In this document: positions 63,811 to 64,000 of the stretch, piece by piece
Layout of the letters: each line of letters starts with the position of its first letter
Position numbering within the stretch: the first letter of the stretch is position 1
Source of the DNA: Octopus vulgaris
Taxonomy: Eukaryota
Assembly: GCA_951406725.2 (NCBI GenBank)
Contig: OX597817.1
Span: forward strand, 83,700,001-83,764,000
Reading direction: 5' to 3'
Length of the DNA: 64,000 bases
Notes under the pieces: model-generated
Databases searched by the model: none
Seen by the model: the letters and a program-made list of their open reading frames with translations, nothing else
Told to the model about the DNA's origin: nothing
Position numbers and translations under genes: made by a program

Positions 63811-64000
63811 ACACATATGTGTGTATATACATATGTGTATATACACACATATATATATATATGCATATATGTAGATATAGACATATATATTTGTATATAT
63901 ATACATACATACATACATATATGTATATATATGTATATACACATATATGTATATACATATGTGTGTGTATATACACATATATACACACACACACACATGT
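63716..64000. repeat. Compound (TA)n/(CA)n/(TG)n microsatellite (another at 63240-63445)
   Basis: Direct reading. Confidence 0.95.

Noticed and set aside
63208-63998. Y/I/C/V/H-rich ORFs (also 5611, 7440, 8868, 9295, 30301, 60365)
   Set aside because: They are translations of microsatellites, T-rich tracts or SINEs, with no coding signal.

Overview
AT-rich, microsatellite- and transposon-dense animal genomic DNA; the SINE and RTE repeat families suggest an octopus or other coleoid cephalopod (inference). The window lies inside one + strand gene, a focadhesin (FOCAD/KIAA1797) orthologue. I traced 13 internal GT-AG coding exons (829-62532; 1932 nt, 644 codons) that splice in one open frame; both gene ends lie outside the window. 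The introns, one of them 25.8 kb, hold: a near-full-length but disabled RTE LINE with a PHD-like insertion in its RT; an R4/Dong-like fragment beside a (TAA)n tract; a Buster-type hAT element inserted into a SINE A-box; a Helitron with both termini; piggyBac, Tc1, mariner and Tigger remnants and MITEs; and several tRNA-derived SINE families. The most unusual signal is a recurring set of short elements, several with inverted partial repeats, carrying minimal type I hammerhead-ribozyme-like motifs. This is the Penelope pLTR/retrozyme signature. One of these elements also carries a tRNA-like Pol III head and a 12-bp target-site duplication. All readings are by eye, so repeat boundaries are approximate.
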